A DNA stretch of 64,000 bases from a virus: IMG/VR virus record IMGVR_UViG_3300045988_183322, one strand, 5' to 3'. Below the pieces are notes generated by a model that saw only the letters and a list, made by a program, of their open reading frames with translations, had not been told where the DNA came from and ran no database searches. A program made the translations under genes and the position numbers. Shown here piece after piece: positions 11,785 to 21,779 of this stretch. Positions within the stretch are counted from its first letter, which is position 1. Every line of letters begins with the position of its first letter.

Positions 11785-13287
11785 TTAGACAGTTATATCT
11801 GATGTAATAATTTCCTTGTCCCCAATCGCCCACATAGCAATATCTGAAAGATAATAAATAGTAGAAACGCTTTTTGTTTCTAACTCTTTATATTCAGCTT
11901 CGGTCAACTCTACAAACTTAATATACCGCTGGTCATTGTCTATTCGCGTATAAACTGCTCTATCATCATCATATAGAGTTCCAATTACTGGTGGGGCAGA
12001 TATGGCTGTTCCACCAGTATCTGACTTAATTTCTATCGTTTTATCCAAATCTCCACTTGAATCAGATATATTTAAAGCGCCACCACTAAAACTTCCAATC
12101 CCAAGAACTATGAGAGATTGACTGACTGTTACGCCACTATGGGAAGTAATGCCACCTCTAACAAGAAGAGAAGACTCACAAGTTACACCACCATTTAAAT
12201 TAACATTAAATCCTCCACCTTGAACCACACCTTGAATCCCAACCAGACTTGTAGTAGTATATTGATACAACCTCATGTCATGATTAGGACTATTTTTATT
12301 TTTGAAAATAAATAAATCTATTTTTATCGGGGATAAACCCGTAATATCTGTCTTTAATTTATCTATTTCTAAAGTCTCTTGAATATTTACCGGAACTGCG
12401 ACATCTAATTCCGCCCCATTATCAGCTTCGATAACAGCATTTCCCGTTCCTGTACCATGAATTCGAACGGCATTTGTTCCAGAACCTAATGAAATTTGTT
12501 TGCCATCAGAAAGAACAATCCCATCTGTAAATGTTTTTATTCCACTAATATCGGAATTCCCCGTTTTAGAAACATATATCTCATCCGACATTTGCTTATT
12601 CATAACATCAATGCCCACAGGAGATTCTTTCGTGACTCTAGTCAAGCTATTGGTGAAATCATATGAACCAGAAATAGTCTGAGCATCAGAAGGGCTAAAT
12701 ACTGGAACGCTGTCTACTGCGCTATCAACATAACTCTTATTTGCCGCATCCATTAGTTGAACTGGCGCAGGTACACTTGGGGAGAGGAGGAAAGCTTTAA
12801 GCCCATCAATAGATTGATTCCCAGTAATTTTTACAGCTCCTGAAATCTGGTCATCCGTGTATTTTTTACTAGCATTTAACGAACAATCCACATAGTATTT
12901 ATTTGCGCTTTCTTGATTCTCTATGGGGCAAGGGACAAGAGGAGAAGAAGAAAATCCTTTCGTCCCACTAATTACTTGGTCAGAACTAATTGTTACAACA
13001 TCGCTTAAATCTACGCCTGTAGAACCAACTAATTCAAATCTATTCTCTTGTTCGAGCCAAATATATTCTTTAGATTGGTCTTCGCCAGAAGCATCAGTGC
13101 TGGGAACAAAATACAAAATTCCCGATTCTCCAACAGGAGGGAGTTCGTCTACAACCTTGGGAGTTAATGAATTTAATTTGGAAATTGCCGCCTCTAAATC
13201 TTCAACAGTTGCAAAATTACAAAAAAAAGGGATTTTCCCTTTTGCTGGGTGAAGAATATAACCTGTATTTTGAAAATCTTCTGACAT
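11785..13287 (-). CDS. Tail fibre / receptor-binding protein with phage tail-fibre repeats
   Basis: Reiterated motifs KYTDDQISGAVKITGNQSIDGLKAF, KSYVDSAVDS, ISGSYDFTNSL; Gly/Ser/Thr-rich beta-rich composition. Confidence 0.55.
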   Translation of the reverse strand: MSEDFQNTGYILHPAKGKIPFFCNFATVEDLEAAISKLNSLTPKVVDELPPVGESGILYFVPSTDASGEDQSKEYIWLEQENRFELVGSTGVDLSDVVTISSDQVISGTKGFSSSPLVPCPIENQESANKYYVDCSLNASKKYTDDQISGAVKITGNQSIDGLKAFLLSPSVPAPVQLMDAANKSYVDSAVDSVPVFSPSDAQTISGSYDFTNSLTRVTKESPVGIDVMNKQMSDEIYVSKTGNSDISGIKTFTDGIVLSDGKQISLGSGTNAVRIHGTGTGNAVIEADNGAELDVAVPVNIQETLEIDKLKTDITGLSPIKIDLFIFKNKNSPNHDMRLYQYTTTSLVGIQGVVQGGGFNVNLNGGVTCESSLLVRGGITSHSGVTVSQSLIVLGIGSFSGGALNISDSSGDLDKTIEIKSDTGGTAISAPPVIGTLYDDDRAVYTRIDNDQRYIKFVELTEAEYKELETKSVSTIYYLSDIAMWAIGDKEIITSDITV

Positions 13288-14301
13288 ATCTTACTTTCTA
13301 ATTAATCATTGAAGAATCTTATGATTCTTCCATTTTTATCAATCGCCCTCAAATCACTAATAGGAATAAAACCAATAAACTTTAGAAGAGAGCCTTTTTT
13401 ATTATCAGGCACATAATACTTTCTTAAAATTCTTAATCTTAATATCTTAATGATTTTACTCATAAAAACTCACTTTTTCATCAATTTCTTATAAAAATTA
13501 GCACAATCAACCATGCCAATGGACAATAAATGATTTATCATGTTCTCTTGTTGTTCAACAGAAAGACCAGAAAAATACTTATCAACCTGTCCTATCATTT
13601 CCTTCCTTCTATCTAAAGCTTGCTTCTTTGTAATCCTACCTCTTTGACTCAATCTAAAATCTCTTGCTGTTGTCTTATGCATCATATATAATTACAAAAA
13701 ACACTGGGCGACTTTCATTATTTATAAAAACAAAAAATAAGAACGGCTTCATCTAACGAAAATGAAGCCGAACTAATTTTCCACCCTTCTTGAAGGTATT
13801 GACTAATTACTTTTTCTGTAGGGAGATTATCCAAATTATAAGGAAGTTCCACGACTTTAAACATTTGGTTCTGGATGCTTTCTCCTCCATTTTACATTCA
13901 AACTCTCTAAATAAAACATGGCAATTTTCAAATATTCTGGAAAATCGCAATCTTCAAAAGAAGTTTTAAGAACGAAAACTTCTTCGAAAGAATCTCCTTC
14001 ATTCACTTTAATTCTAATATAACCATCTTCATCATAAAAAAGTCGGTAAGGAGATTCATCGCCCTTAGCTTCCTCAAATTTAAAAGTCAATAAATCTATT
14101 CCTTCTAAAAGAAAATAATCGCCATTTGCTCTTTCAATAAAAAAACAACTGAAATCTCCATCCTCCTCAAAAGCCCATCCGTTAATTTTTACTTTCCTTA
14201 ATTCCATCATTTCCTTTAATCTATAAATTCAAAAATTTCGTTGTTCATCTCTAATGACAAATGCATATCCAGTATCAGCCATACTTTCTCTATGTGCGCA
14301 T

Positions 14302-14565
14302 CTATGCCTCATAACTCCCATAAATCCCTTCGTCTACTAGAGCACCAGTTCCCTTTCTCGCCCATACAAATCTATTATATGCCCGTTCCCAACGATAATT
14401 TCTTTTTTGACATCTAACGCAGAAATAGTCAAGAACTTGGCCGCTCATAATTCCAAGCGTAAATACCCTAGCTAGGACTCTTTCTGTTTTATCAGCAACA
14501 TTCAACGAATCATGCAATGTTTCTTCTTTGCATTTCGGACAATAGAGATATGCTTTTCTTTCCAT
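14302..14565 (-). CDS. Small zinc-ribbon protein (CPKC...CVRC)
   Basis: ORF track; two CxxC pairs. Confidence 0.3.
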   Translation of the reverse strand: MERKAYLYCPKCKEETLHDSLNVADKTERVLARVFTLGIMSGQVLDYFCVRCQKRNYRWERAYNRFVWARKGTGALVDEGIYGSYEA

Positions 14566-14573
14566 AAATTTGA

Positions 14574-14650
<77 letters not shown>

Positions 14651-14906
14651 TAATTTTTATTTAAAAAATCCTTTGTCTTTCCCTCTTCGAAAAACTCTTC
14701 TGGCTCTTGATTTTAAAGAATTAAGAATCTCAACAATATCCTAAACATCTTCAACAAAATCAAATCTTCTATCACCAGCACTTTTATCCAGCCTACTAAA
14801 TCTTTCGAATTCAACGCAATAATATTCTTCTGCTTCAATAGAAGCTTTTTCCAAAGATTGGCAAAGTGATTCAAAAAACTCTTCTGCTTCTTTACCAGTT
14901 CTGAAT

Positions 14907-15323
14907 TTATTCTCTTCCTTCATTTTTCGAACTTTGCAATTCTTTTTCCCAATTAAGGCATTGAAGTTTAATTAAATCAGAAGCTTTAATTAAAGATTCA
15001 GAAAGGTTGTTGCTAATTCCAGTTAAAACTTCGCTTGATTGTGCAAGATTAACAATATATTCTGCGCAAACACCAATTTTCAACATCTTTGCCGTTCCTT
15101 CGGAAAGCGCGAATGCCGAAGCAATAATGAACGATATGCCAGTTACGCCTGCTATTTTTACTAACTTTTTAAATGGTTTTTCAAAATTTTCAGCTCCTTC
15201 ACAAAGAAGAACAACGCTCATAAATAATGCTACAAAAATCAATGCGCATCCTAGTATCTTAAGTATGTAGTTCAAATTAGATATAGCATCAATCGCCCAA
15301 AGTTTAATCAATAATTCCGTCAT
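14907..15323 (-). CDS. Hypothetical integral membrane protein
   Basis: Multiple hydrophobic helices. Confidence 0.3.
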   Translation of the reverse strand: MTELLIKLWAIDAISNLNYILKILGCALIFVALFMSVVLLCEGAENFEKPFKKLVKIAGVTGISFIIASAFALSEGTAKMLKIGVCAEYIVNLAQSSEVLTGISNNLSESLIKASDLIKLQCLNWEKELQSSKNEGRE

Positions 15324-15950
15324 TTTTTATTTTATTGTTTGTTATTTCATTTATTATCTTTCCAAATCCTTAATCCTTGCGCGAAGTTCTATAAGTTCTT
15401 TATTTTGAAGGAGTTCGTTTTCACGTTGATATTGGTATAGTTTTATCCTATCAAATCTAGTATGAAGAATCTTCAAGAAAAACTCTATTGTTGATAAACT
15501 ATCATCGCAATCTCTAATATTTTCATATTTGAAATTTAATTCGCCTCCTTTTACATCAAAATCTTTTCTAATCAAAGAAACTGCGTCAAGTAAATTATCG
15601 CGGAGTTTTTTAAAATTTAGTTCAAGATTGCTTAAATCCCTACTAATGTTAGTGACATCAATTTTAACTTCTTTATCGGTCATACCCTTATTTTGTATTA
15701 TGACTTATTTTTCGTTTTCTTTCTCTACGTCTTCTATTCCATCCAGTATAATAAGAAGACTTTCAAGAGATTTCAAAGCTACTTGAACGCTCGAACGAAA
15801 CTCTTTTAAATCCTTGTCTTTCGGTTTTCTTCCAGAAGAAAGGTCTTGACAAACGGAGAAAGATTTTTGAACAACTATCTCACTTTTCGACTTGAAAGAA
15901 ATAATATTGTTGCAAATGTTTAGATATAAATTCATTACTATATTTTTGAA

Positions 15951-16024
15951 TGGTTCGGCGACCGGGAGTCGAACCCGGATTTGCTGGTTAAAAGCCAGCT
16001 ACTCTACCATTGAGTTATCGCCGA
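15951..16024 (-). tRNA. tRNA-Lys (anticodon TTT), CCA encoded
   Basis: Acceptor TCGGCGA/TCGCCGA, anticodon stem GCTGG/CCAGC, loop CTTTTAA, T-arm CCGGG-TTCGACT-CCCGG. Confidence 0.85.
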
Positions 16025-16027
16025 ATT

Positions 16028-16102
16028 TGGAGGCCGCTCTCAGAATCGAACTGAGAAATGCTCCCTTACAAAAGGAGTCCTGTACCATTGAGGCAAGCGG
16101 CC
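16028..16102 (-). tRNA. tRNA-Thr (anticodon TGT), CCA encoded
   Basis: Acceptor GGCCGCT/AGCGGCC, loop TTTGTAA, T-arm CTCAG-TTCGATT-CTGAG. Confidence 0.8.
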
Positions 16103-16141
16103 CTATTGATGAAGACATTTAACAACAAAAAGGCGTTCTTG

Positions 16142-17119
16142 TCAAGCTAAAATCCACATTCCATTTTTAGATTTTTGAAAACTCTCTATTTTGCCATTAT
16201 TCCACTCTATGACAAATTTAGTATCTGAAAACTCTTTGACATCAGCGCATGTTTGATGAGATAAAAACCTTGCTTTTTTATCAAAAACATATATGTCCCT
16301 TAAAAAACCAGAATTCGGCTTTCTTAATGTCAAGATATGTTCATAATAATCAGGGTCCTTATTGAAGACCTCATTTTTCGCTCGAAAATCTCCCAAAAGA
16401 AATCCTTGGCGAGAAGTAGAAGCATTTGAAAAGTTTATACAAGAATTATCCTCTTTTATCAAAGAAGCTACGTTCAATGCGGGTTTCATAGACATATGAA
16501 ATAATCTATCTTCCCTAAACCCGCAACTATATAATTCTTCGGGCAATCCTTCTTCTTTAATATACTCTTGTAAATTAGAAACACTTTCTTCGGCTTTTCT
16601 TATTTTTTTAAGAACGGACTTTAACATACATAAAGTTGGACCCATATATATATTGCTTCCGTCATACTCTAATGAAACAAATCCTTTATAGTTTTTTCTA
16701 ACTAATCGCTGGCTGTCCTTTCGAAAAAAAAAGTTGTTGTTCGGATAATAATTTGCCAAATCATTATATGTTTTTATATAATCAGGGCTATATAAATCAT
16801 CATCATCAATTTTGCAAAAATAATCGAAATCCTCAATATCAATATCTCTTATTGTATCAAAAAAATTTGAAAGCTGATTTTTATTTGGAAAATAACGAAT
16901 TGTCAACTTCCCTTCATCAATGTATTTTTTATATTGAGGTTTAATGTATTTATTGAAATTAAACTCAGAAATGCCTTTGCAAGCAACAAAAACATGAAAA
17001 TTATCATAATTCTGATGTAACATTTGATAAATTTGCAATTGCATATTATCAAACCTTTTATACGAAGATAGGCATAATGCGAATTTATGCTTCATGAATC
17101 TTAAAAAGAGACTTTTCAA
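16142..17119 (-). CDS. GT-A fold glycosyltransferase (paralog of 24295..25269), DxD motif KIDDDD
   Basis: N-terminal beta-strand + SSYKR resembles the GT2 P-x-Y-N region; paralog alignment with 24295..25269 (shared N-terminal block, DxD, C-terminal VIxWxNG..F.K.K.G). Confidence 0.45.
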   Translation of the reverse strand: MKSLFLRFMKHKFALCLSSYKRFDNMQLQIYQMLHQNYDNFHVFVACKGISEFNFNKYIKPQYKKYIDEGKLTIRYFPNKNQLSNFFDTIRDIDIEDFDYFCKIDDDDLYSPDYIKTYNDLANYYPNNNFFFRKDSQRLVRKNYKGFVSLEYDGSNIYMGPTLCMLKSVLKKIRKAEESVSNLQEYIKEEGLPEELYSCGFREDRLFHMSMKPALNVASLIKEDNSCINFSNASTSRQGFLLGDFRAKNEVFNKDPDYYEHILTLRKPNSGFLRDIYVFDKKARFLSHQTCADVKEFSDTKFVIEWNNGKIESFQKSKNGMWILA

Positions 17120-17351
17120 AAATTAATTCAAGCATTTCTCCATGTGTACTCACAACTCTAGGCCCTTCTCCCGGCGAAAATCGAAGAGCAAACGCATCTT
17201 CTATGCTCATCCTAAGTTCAAGAAGGTCTAAACTATCTAAGCCCAAATCTCCAATCGGAATATTTTCTCGCAAATTTCCAATGTCTATACCAAACGATTC
17301 ATAAATTGGGAAAAGCATAGCTTCAATTTTTTCTTTATCTTCAAGCTTCAT
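17085..17351 (-). CDS. acpP: Acyl carrier protein
   Basis: GDLGLDSLDLLELRMSIEDAF matches the phosphopantetheine-attachment motif (DSL) in a small acidic protein. Confidence 0.6.
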   Translation of the reverse strand: MKLEDKEKIEAMLFPIYESFGIDIGNLRENIPIGDLGLDSLDLLELRMSIEDAFALRFSPGEGPRVVSTHGEMLELIFEKSLFKIHEA

Positions 17352-17368
17352 TTCTAAAACTTTAAGTA

Positions 17369-18418
17369 TTAGTTAAATTTCGAAATCTTTCTGAGATTAG
17401 AAAAATGGATTTTAATATATAAACTCTCAATTTCCCTAAAGCCACATGTAATCATTCCGCAATCCTCTTTTTTTTCAGTACTGAGCACTAAACCTCGCAT
17501 CCCTAATTTCAAAAGCTTTCTTTCCTCATTAGAAATTGCCGAACACAAAAAATCTCTCCCATTATCAATTACTTCGATAGCGTCTCCCCATTCAAAAAGT
17601 TCACATTCCTGAAAAAAATTAGGACAACTATCATTTAACTTTGCCCCCCCTTTTTTTTCTAATATTTCATAAAATCTATCTTCTTCATTATCTGCATTCG
17701 CGTCACCATTTTTTTGCCCGCACTTCAAAGAAATTACTGTATCCTTTTCCAAAAAATCTAAAGAATTATCACAATTTGTATATCCACGCTTTAGATAAAA
17801 ATCACGAACATGAGACGTGTTTTGAAAAACTGGATGGGAAGCCTTAATAACTTCCTGCAAATTAATAATAAAGAATGGTGCGGCATACTTTCTTTCCAAA
17901 AATCTATTTATTAAAATAAATTCTAATTCATTCAAAAGATTACCAACTAATGGCCTTGCATTATAAGAAGAAGGAGTTCTGCAAATTTTATCAAAAATGA
18001 CAATAGTTCTCTTTTGTTCTGGAAGAATATCCAGTTTTTTAATTTTTGCTAACTCAATAGCCTCTATCTTTCCATCCTCAGAAAGACAGCTTTCTTTAAA
18101 AACGCCTTTCCTAAGAACTTCATTCCCCATAATCCACCTAAAACAAAAAAGCTCATCATGATTAGAAGAATATGCCTTTAGCTCAACTCTTTTCCAAAAA
18201 TCAAATTCATTTTTAACTGAGAAAATAATCGTATCTCCTACTTCAAATCCAGTTAAAATCTTGTCTATATCAAGCCCAATTTTATAATAAATTGAAGACT
18301 CTGCTTTTTTACCGAAATCACCTTCGATGATAAAGCGATAACAACCGGAAAATCTTCCATTAGACTCAATGTTCCTAGAAAAAACCTTCGAATATTTTTG
18401 AGGAATATCTTGTTGCAT
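17369..18418 (-). CDS. Hypothetical protein upstream of ACP; contains a C7T8 (coding G7A8) homopolymer tract at 17644-17658
   Basis: ORF track; tract encodes ...EKKGGAK... Confidence 0.3.
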   Translation of the reverse strand: MQQDIPQKYSKVFSRNIESNGRFSGCYRFIIEGDFGKKAESSIYYKIGLDIDKILTGFEVGDTIIFSVKNEFDFWKRVELKAYSSNHDELFCFRWIMGNEVLRKGVFKESCLSEDGKIEAIELAKIKKLDILPEQKRTIVIFDKICRTPSSYNARPLVGNLLNELEFILINRFLERKYAAPFFIINLQEVIKASHPVFQNTSHVRDFYLKRGYTNCDNSLDFLEKDTVISLKCGQKNGDANADNEEDRFYEILEKKGGAKLNDSCPNFFQECELFEWGDAIEVIDNGRDFLCSAISNEERKLLKLGMRGLVLSTEKKEDCGMITCGFREIESLYIKIHFSNLRKISKFN

Positions 18419-18523
18419 ATGGCATTAACTTAAACTTAACAAAAAAAATGTCAAGTCTATTTTCTAAACCGTACACAACATAACTTGAGCCATTCTTTCT
18501 CCAAACTCTTACCAAGGTTTTTA

Positions 18524-18597
18524 TGGTAGCCCGCCAAGGACTCGAACCTTGACTGCCAGAATCAAAATCTGGAGTACTGCCATTATACAAACGGGCT
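18524..18597 (-). tRNA. tRNA-Gln (anticodon TTG), CCA encoded
   Basis: Acceptor AGCCCGT/GCGGGCT, anticodon stem CCAGA/TCTGG, loop TTTTGAT, T-arm CAAGG-TTCGAGT-CCTTG. Confidence 0.85.
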
Positions 18598-19074
18598 TTA
18601 AAATTCGTTTTTCCACACTATACGAAAACGATAAAGATTAATGAAGGGGAAAATACATGAACGGACAACATGAAAAAACCCTGTGTGACTTAATTATTTA
18701 CATTTTCAAAAAGAAAATATTAAATTTTTTTTGGCGGAAGATTGAGGTAACGCTCCCCATTCCTTTCGGAACACACCGCTTTCAAGGCGGGTTTTGTACT
18801 TTACAAATTAATCTTCCATTAAATATTTACTTCACAAGAATCAGCAAACTTTTTCCCAATGTTTGGATTTGTAAAACAAAGATAACCTACCTTTAATATT
18901 AAATTAGAAAGAGAAATCATTTCTTCGCCAGAAATCGTTCTTTTTAATTCTTCAAAAACATCAGGATATTTTTCTTTTAAAGATGGGATAATTTCATCCA
19001 AATAATCTACAGAGAAATATGTTTCTTTATCAAGAATCAGATTATTTTCATTAAACCACCATACTCCCTGCTCT

Positions 19075-19863
19075 TCAAGGTTTAGAGTTAAGGTCTCCTC
19101 TTCTACTTTTTGTAATCTTGAACTCATAAATTGTATCTATATCTAAAATTATAAATTCAGTTCCCTTATAAGGAAAAACATTATTAATATGAAAATGACC
19201 GCATATCCATTTTTTAGGAGAAATCTTCTCAATAATTTTATCTATGTTAGAACGTTCTTCCAATAATTCACTTTCCAATGTAGCATCTTTTTGCAAAAAA
19301 GAAGAAAGAAGAGATGAATCTAATTTATAGTGAGATTGAGGCGGCATTCCAGTATGCGCTAGAACGAAATCATATTTTTTGTCTGGCACTAAAGAAACAT
19401 CTGGCATATTTTCATCATACCAATAACTTACATCAGGTTTTCTCCAAACTCTATCAATAGAAATTCCTCCGGGAATAACAATTCCAATCTCCCCATTATA
19501 TTCAATTTCCTCTAAATCCCTAATTGATTTAATATTTTTGAATAAAGAGAAAAAATCATTACCTCTTTTACAATTTCTGAAAAAGATTGGATTGTCATGG
19601 TTTCCTCTGAAAAAATAACCATCAATCTTTCTTTCAGAAAAAAACTCATCTAATTCTTTATATTCAAATCTATCATAGAACTTAAAAATGCCAATATCTC
19701 CCAAGAAAATCATAGAGATATCTTTCAATCCTACTCTTTCAATAGTTTTAATGACATTCCTAGTGTTTCGATGAATATCGCCCACTAAAAAAAGAGGTTT
19801 TTTAATCGAAATCATAAATTGATGATAACATATATGCAAATCTTGTAAAGCTTTTTTTTGCAA
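19075..19863 (-). CDS. Calcineurin-like metallophosphoesterase (paralog of 25256..25900)
   Basis: Motifs GDIHRN, FLGDIG, RGNHDNP, GHFH. Confidence 0.55.
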   Translation of the reverse strand: MQKKALQDLHICYHQFMISIKKPLFLVGDIHRNTRNVIKTIERVGLKDISMIFLGDIGIFKFYDRFEYKELDEFFSERKIDGYFFRGNHDNPIFFRNCKRGNDFFSLFKNIKSIRDLEEIEYNGEIGIVIPGGISIDRVWRKPDVSYWYDENMPDVSLVPDKKYDFVLAHTGMPPQSHYKLDSSLLSSFLQKDATLESELLEERSNIDKIIEKISPKKWICGHFHINNVFPYKGTEFIILDIDTIYEFKITKSRRGDLNSKP

Positions 19864-20566
19864 TTATATATTGTTCAACTGTACAATAGCATTTTATATG
19901 TATAGTCAAGGGGCAAAATCTATAGCTATTAAACTTTGCACGGTTAGGCCAATGCTCTTTGTGGCTTCTGCATTTTTTGCTAATTTGGACTCATGTCTAC
20001 ACTCCTATTCTCCTACCTTGAAACTAAAAGAGCTATTGATGACAAGTCTTAGTATCATGGCTTTTTGCCCGTATACTCATTCATGAACACAACTCAAATC
20101 CATATAGTTTCCCAAGTTTAGATACTGCCCTAAACTAAGGCTGTTCGTCTCCACTATTTAATTCTATGCAACGAAAACAAAGAAACCTGTTGTCAAGTAG
20201 GCTGGTCAGCTCCCTTTGTCACCAAAGGGCGAACATCTTCCCATATACGCATCATTCTTTAGACTCTAAAGAGAGAGGCGGGCAAGAAAAATTAGGCATG
20301 CGAATGGCGCGCCATCGCATCATCCCCTTTGGAGGGTATTTACATCGCGGCTTCGTCCTAGTAAATCCTAGCTAAGCAAATCAGTCAGACCTATTTCTAG
20401 AATCAGCCTGTCCATCCTCGCCACGTGGAGGCTTGCTTAATGAGAGCATATTTACATAAAATCCATCAATAATCTCTTTATTTGAGGTCTTTGGATTTTC
20501 TATATTTTTATAAAGAATATAAGCTTGCTTATTTGTAAGTTTCATCGTAAGTTGCTAATAATAAAG

Positions 20567-20945
20567 TGGTCCTGACGAAGGGATTTGAACCCTCACTCCT
20601 GTAAAGGAAACGGATTTTCTTGCTACTACTAATCTCTTAGTCCGATATTTCTATCGTTGTAGTCTGGACTATATCTTCATCTGTTCTAGATGCAACGTGC
20701 ATAGTCTCTGAACCTTCTTCATAAGTATTTATACTTTTAGAAGCTCGGATGCTGATTGACCAATCTCGATTATTTTCAAGCATTCACGCTTACCATTTCT
20801 AGTTACGTTGTAGCTAATTAAGCTCTAAGGCTATTCCAGCAGTTCTCGTTGTTCCATTGCTAGATTCCTCTAGCAAGGCTCTCTAACTCATTATATTCTA
20901 ATGAGTTATAAAAGTCCGCAGCGTCTGCCATTCCGCCACGTCAGG
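20567..20945 (-). tRNA. tRNA-Leu (anticodon TAA) interrupted by a group I intron; exons 20945-20912 and 20618-20567 (CCA encoded)
   Basis: 5' exon CCTGACG-TG-GCG-GAATGGCAGA-CGC-T-GCGGA-CTT (3-bp D-stem and D-loop typical of bacterial tRNA-Leu); 3' exon AAAA-TCCGT, long variable arm TTCCT-TTAC-AGGA-GT, T-arm GAGGG-TTCAAAT-CCCTT, acceptor CGTCAGG-A-CCA; spliced anticodon arm GGACUU/AAAAUCC identical to cyanobacterial/plastid tRNA-Leu(UAA). Confidence 0.7.
20619..20911 (-). ncRNA. Group I self-splicing intron (about 293 nt) inserted between U34 and A35 of tRNA-Leu(UAA)
   Basis: Preceded by exon U, ends in G (omega-G) directly before AAAAUCCG; contains CAGAGACUAU (20710-20701) and AUAGUC (around 20668) able to form P7 (GACUAU/AUAGUC), resembling the GCAGAGACUCGACGG core element of tRNA-Leu group I introns; no ORF inside. 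Confidence 0.6.
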
Positions 20946-21020
20946 TTCTACTTTACTATAGTATGCGCTAGTTTTTAAAGAGAACTAGTAAACTCTAACT
21001 CTCGCCTTTATACACCAAAA

Positions 21021-21779
21021 TTAGTAACATGATTTTTTGATAAAACCAGTAGCAAGTTTGTCATCCCAAATAAGATAGGGACAAGTGCGCGGTCTTATTT
21101 TATAATCTAAATAAGAAAGTTCTTCTTCGTCTTTAGAAACTAATCCATTATCACCATAATACCTCTCGTATTCATGCTGAAAATCTTGAAACCCAAAATT
21201 TTGTTCTTCTTCAAACTCTTCTCTAGTTTGCCAAACATTAACAAATCTATAGTCAAGAATGAAATCAAACTTCTGACCTTTTTCTCTGAATCCAAGCATA
21301 AGTTCTCTTTTATCGGCTTTTAATCCCCGATATTCACGAAGATTTCTAACCTTCCCTCTAGTTTTGTAAATACAAAAACCTTCTCTGGAATCCTTAGAAG
21401 AAAAATCATCTTCTATCCATAACTTTCTTTTAAAGGACTTTAATGAAACAATGCCAATTTTTAGCATCCATTCAATTTTCTTTAAAGAAAACCTTTCAAG
21501 AAGATAACTTTTGTTAAAGGTGTTATAAATTGGGCCGCAAAAATCTATGGCTTTAGTTCCAAACTTCCTTTGATAAAAAAGATGATGATTCTCGCGAATT
21601 ATGAAATCATATACTTCTTTAAAAGGATGAGAGTCTTTTTGCGAATATAAGCTAAAAAGCTTTTCTTTTTCAAAAAGAAAATAGCTATATGTTTCTCTTT
21701 TATACCTTCTATTGTAAGAACGGACCTTATAACGATATTTACGAGGTATATTATTAAATTTACGATATGTTCTACTCAT
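21021..21779 (-). CDS. Hypothetical protein with a highly basic N-terminus, embedded in the tRNA region
   Basis: ORF track; MSRTYRKFNNIPRKYRYKVRSYNRRYKR. Confidence 0.3.
   Translation of the reverse strand: MSRTYRKFNNIPRKYRYKVRSYNRRYKRETYSYFLFEKEKLFSLYSQKDSHPFKEVYDFIIRENHHLFYQRKFGTKAIDFCGPIYNTFNKSYLLERFSLKKIEWMLKIGIVSLKSFKRKLWIEDDFSSKDSREGFCIYKTRGKVRNLREYRGLKADKRELMLGFREKGQKFDFILDYRFVNVWQTREEFEEEQNFGFQDFQHEYERYYGDNGLVSKDEEELSYLDYKIRPRTCPYLIWDDKLATGFIKKSCY

Noticed and set aside
20567-20945. tmRNA (ssrA) hypothesis for the tRNA-like 3' element with a matching acceptor heptamer about 380 nt upstream
   Set aside because: The acceptor stem lacks G3:U70 and the GGGG start. No tag ORF ending in ...AA-stop or tmRNA pseudoknot signature was seen. 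The halves are fully explained as tRNA-Leu(UAA) exons flanking a group I intron.
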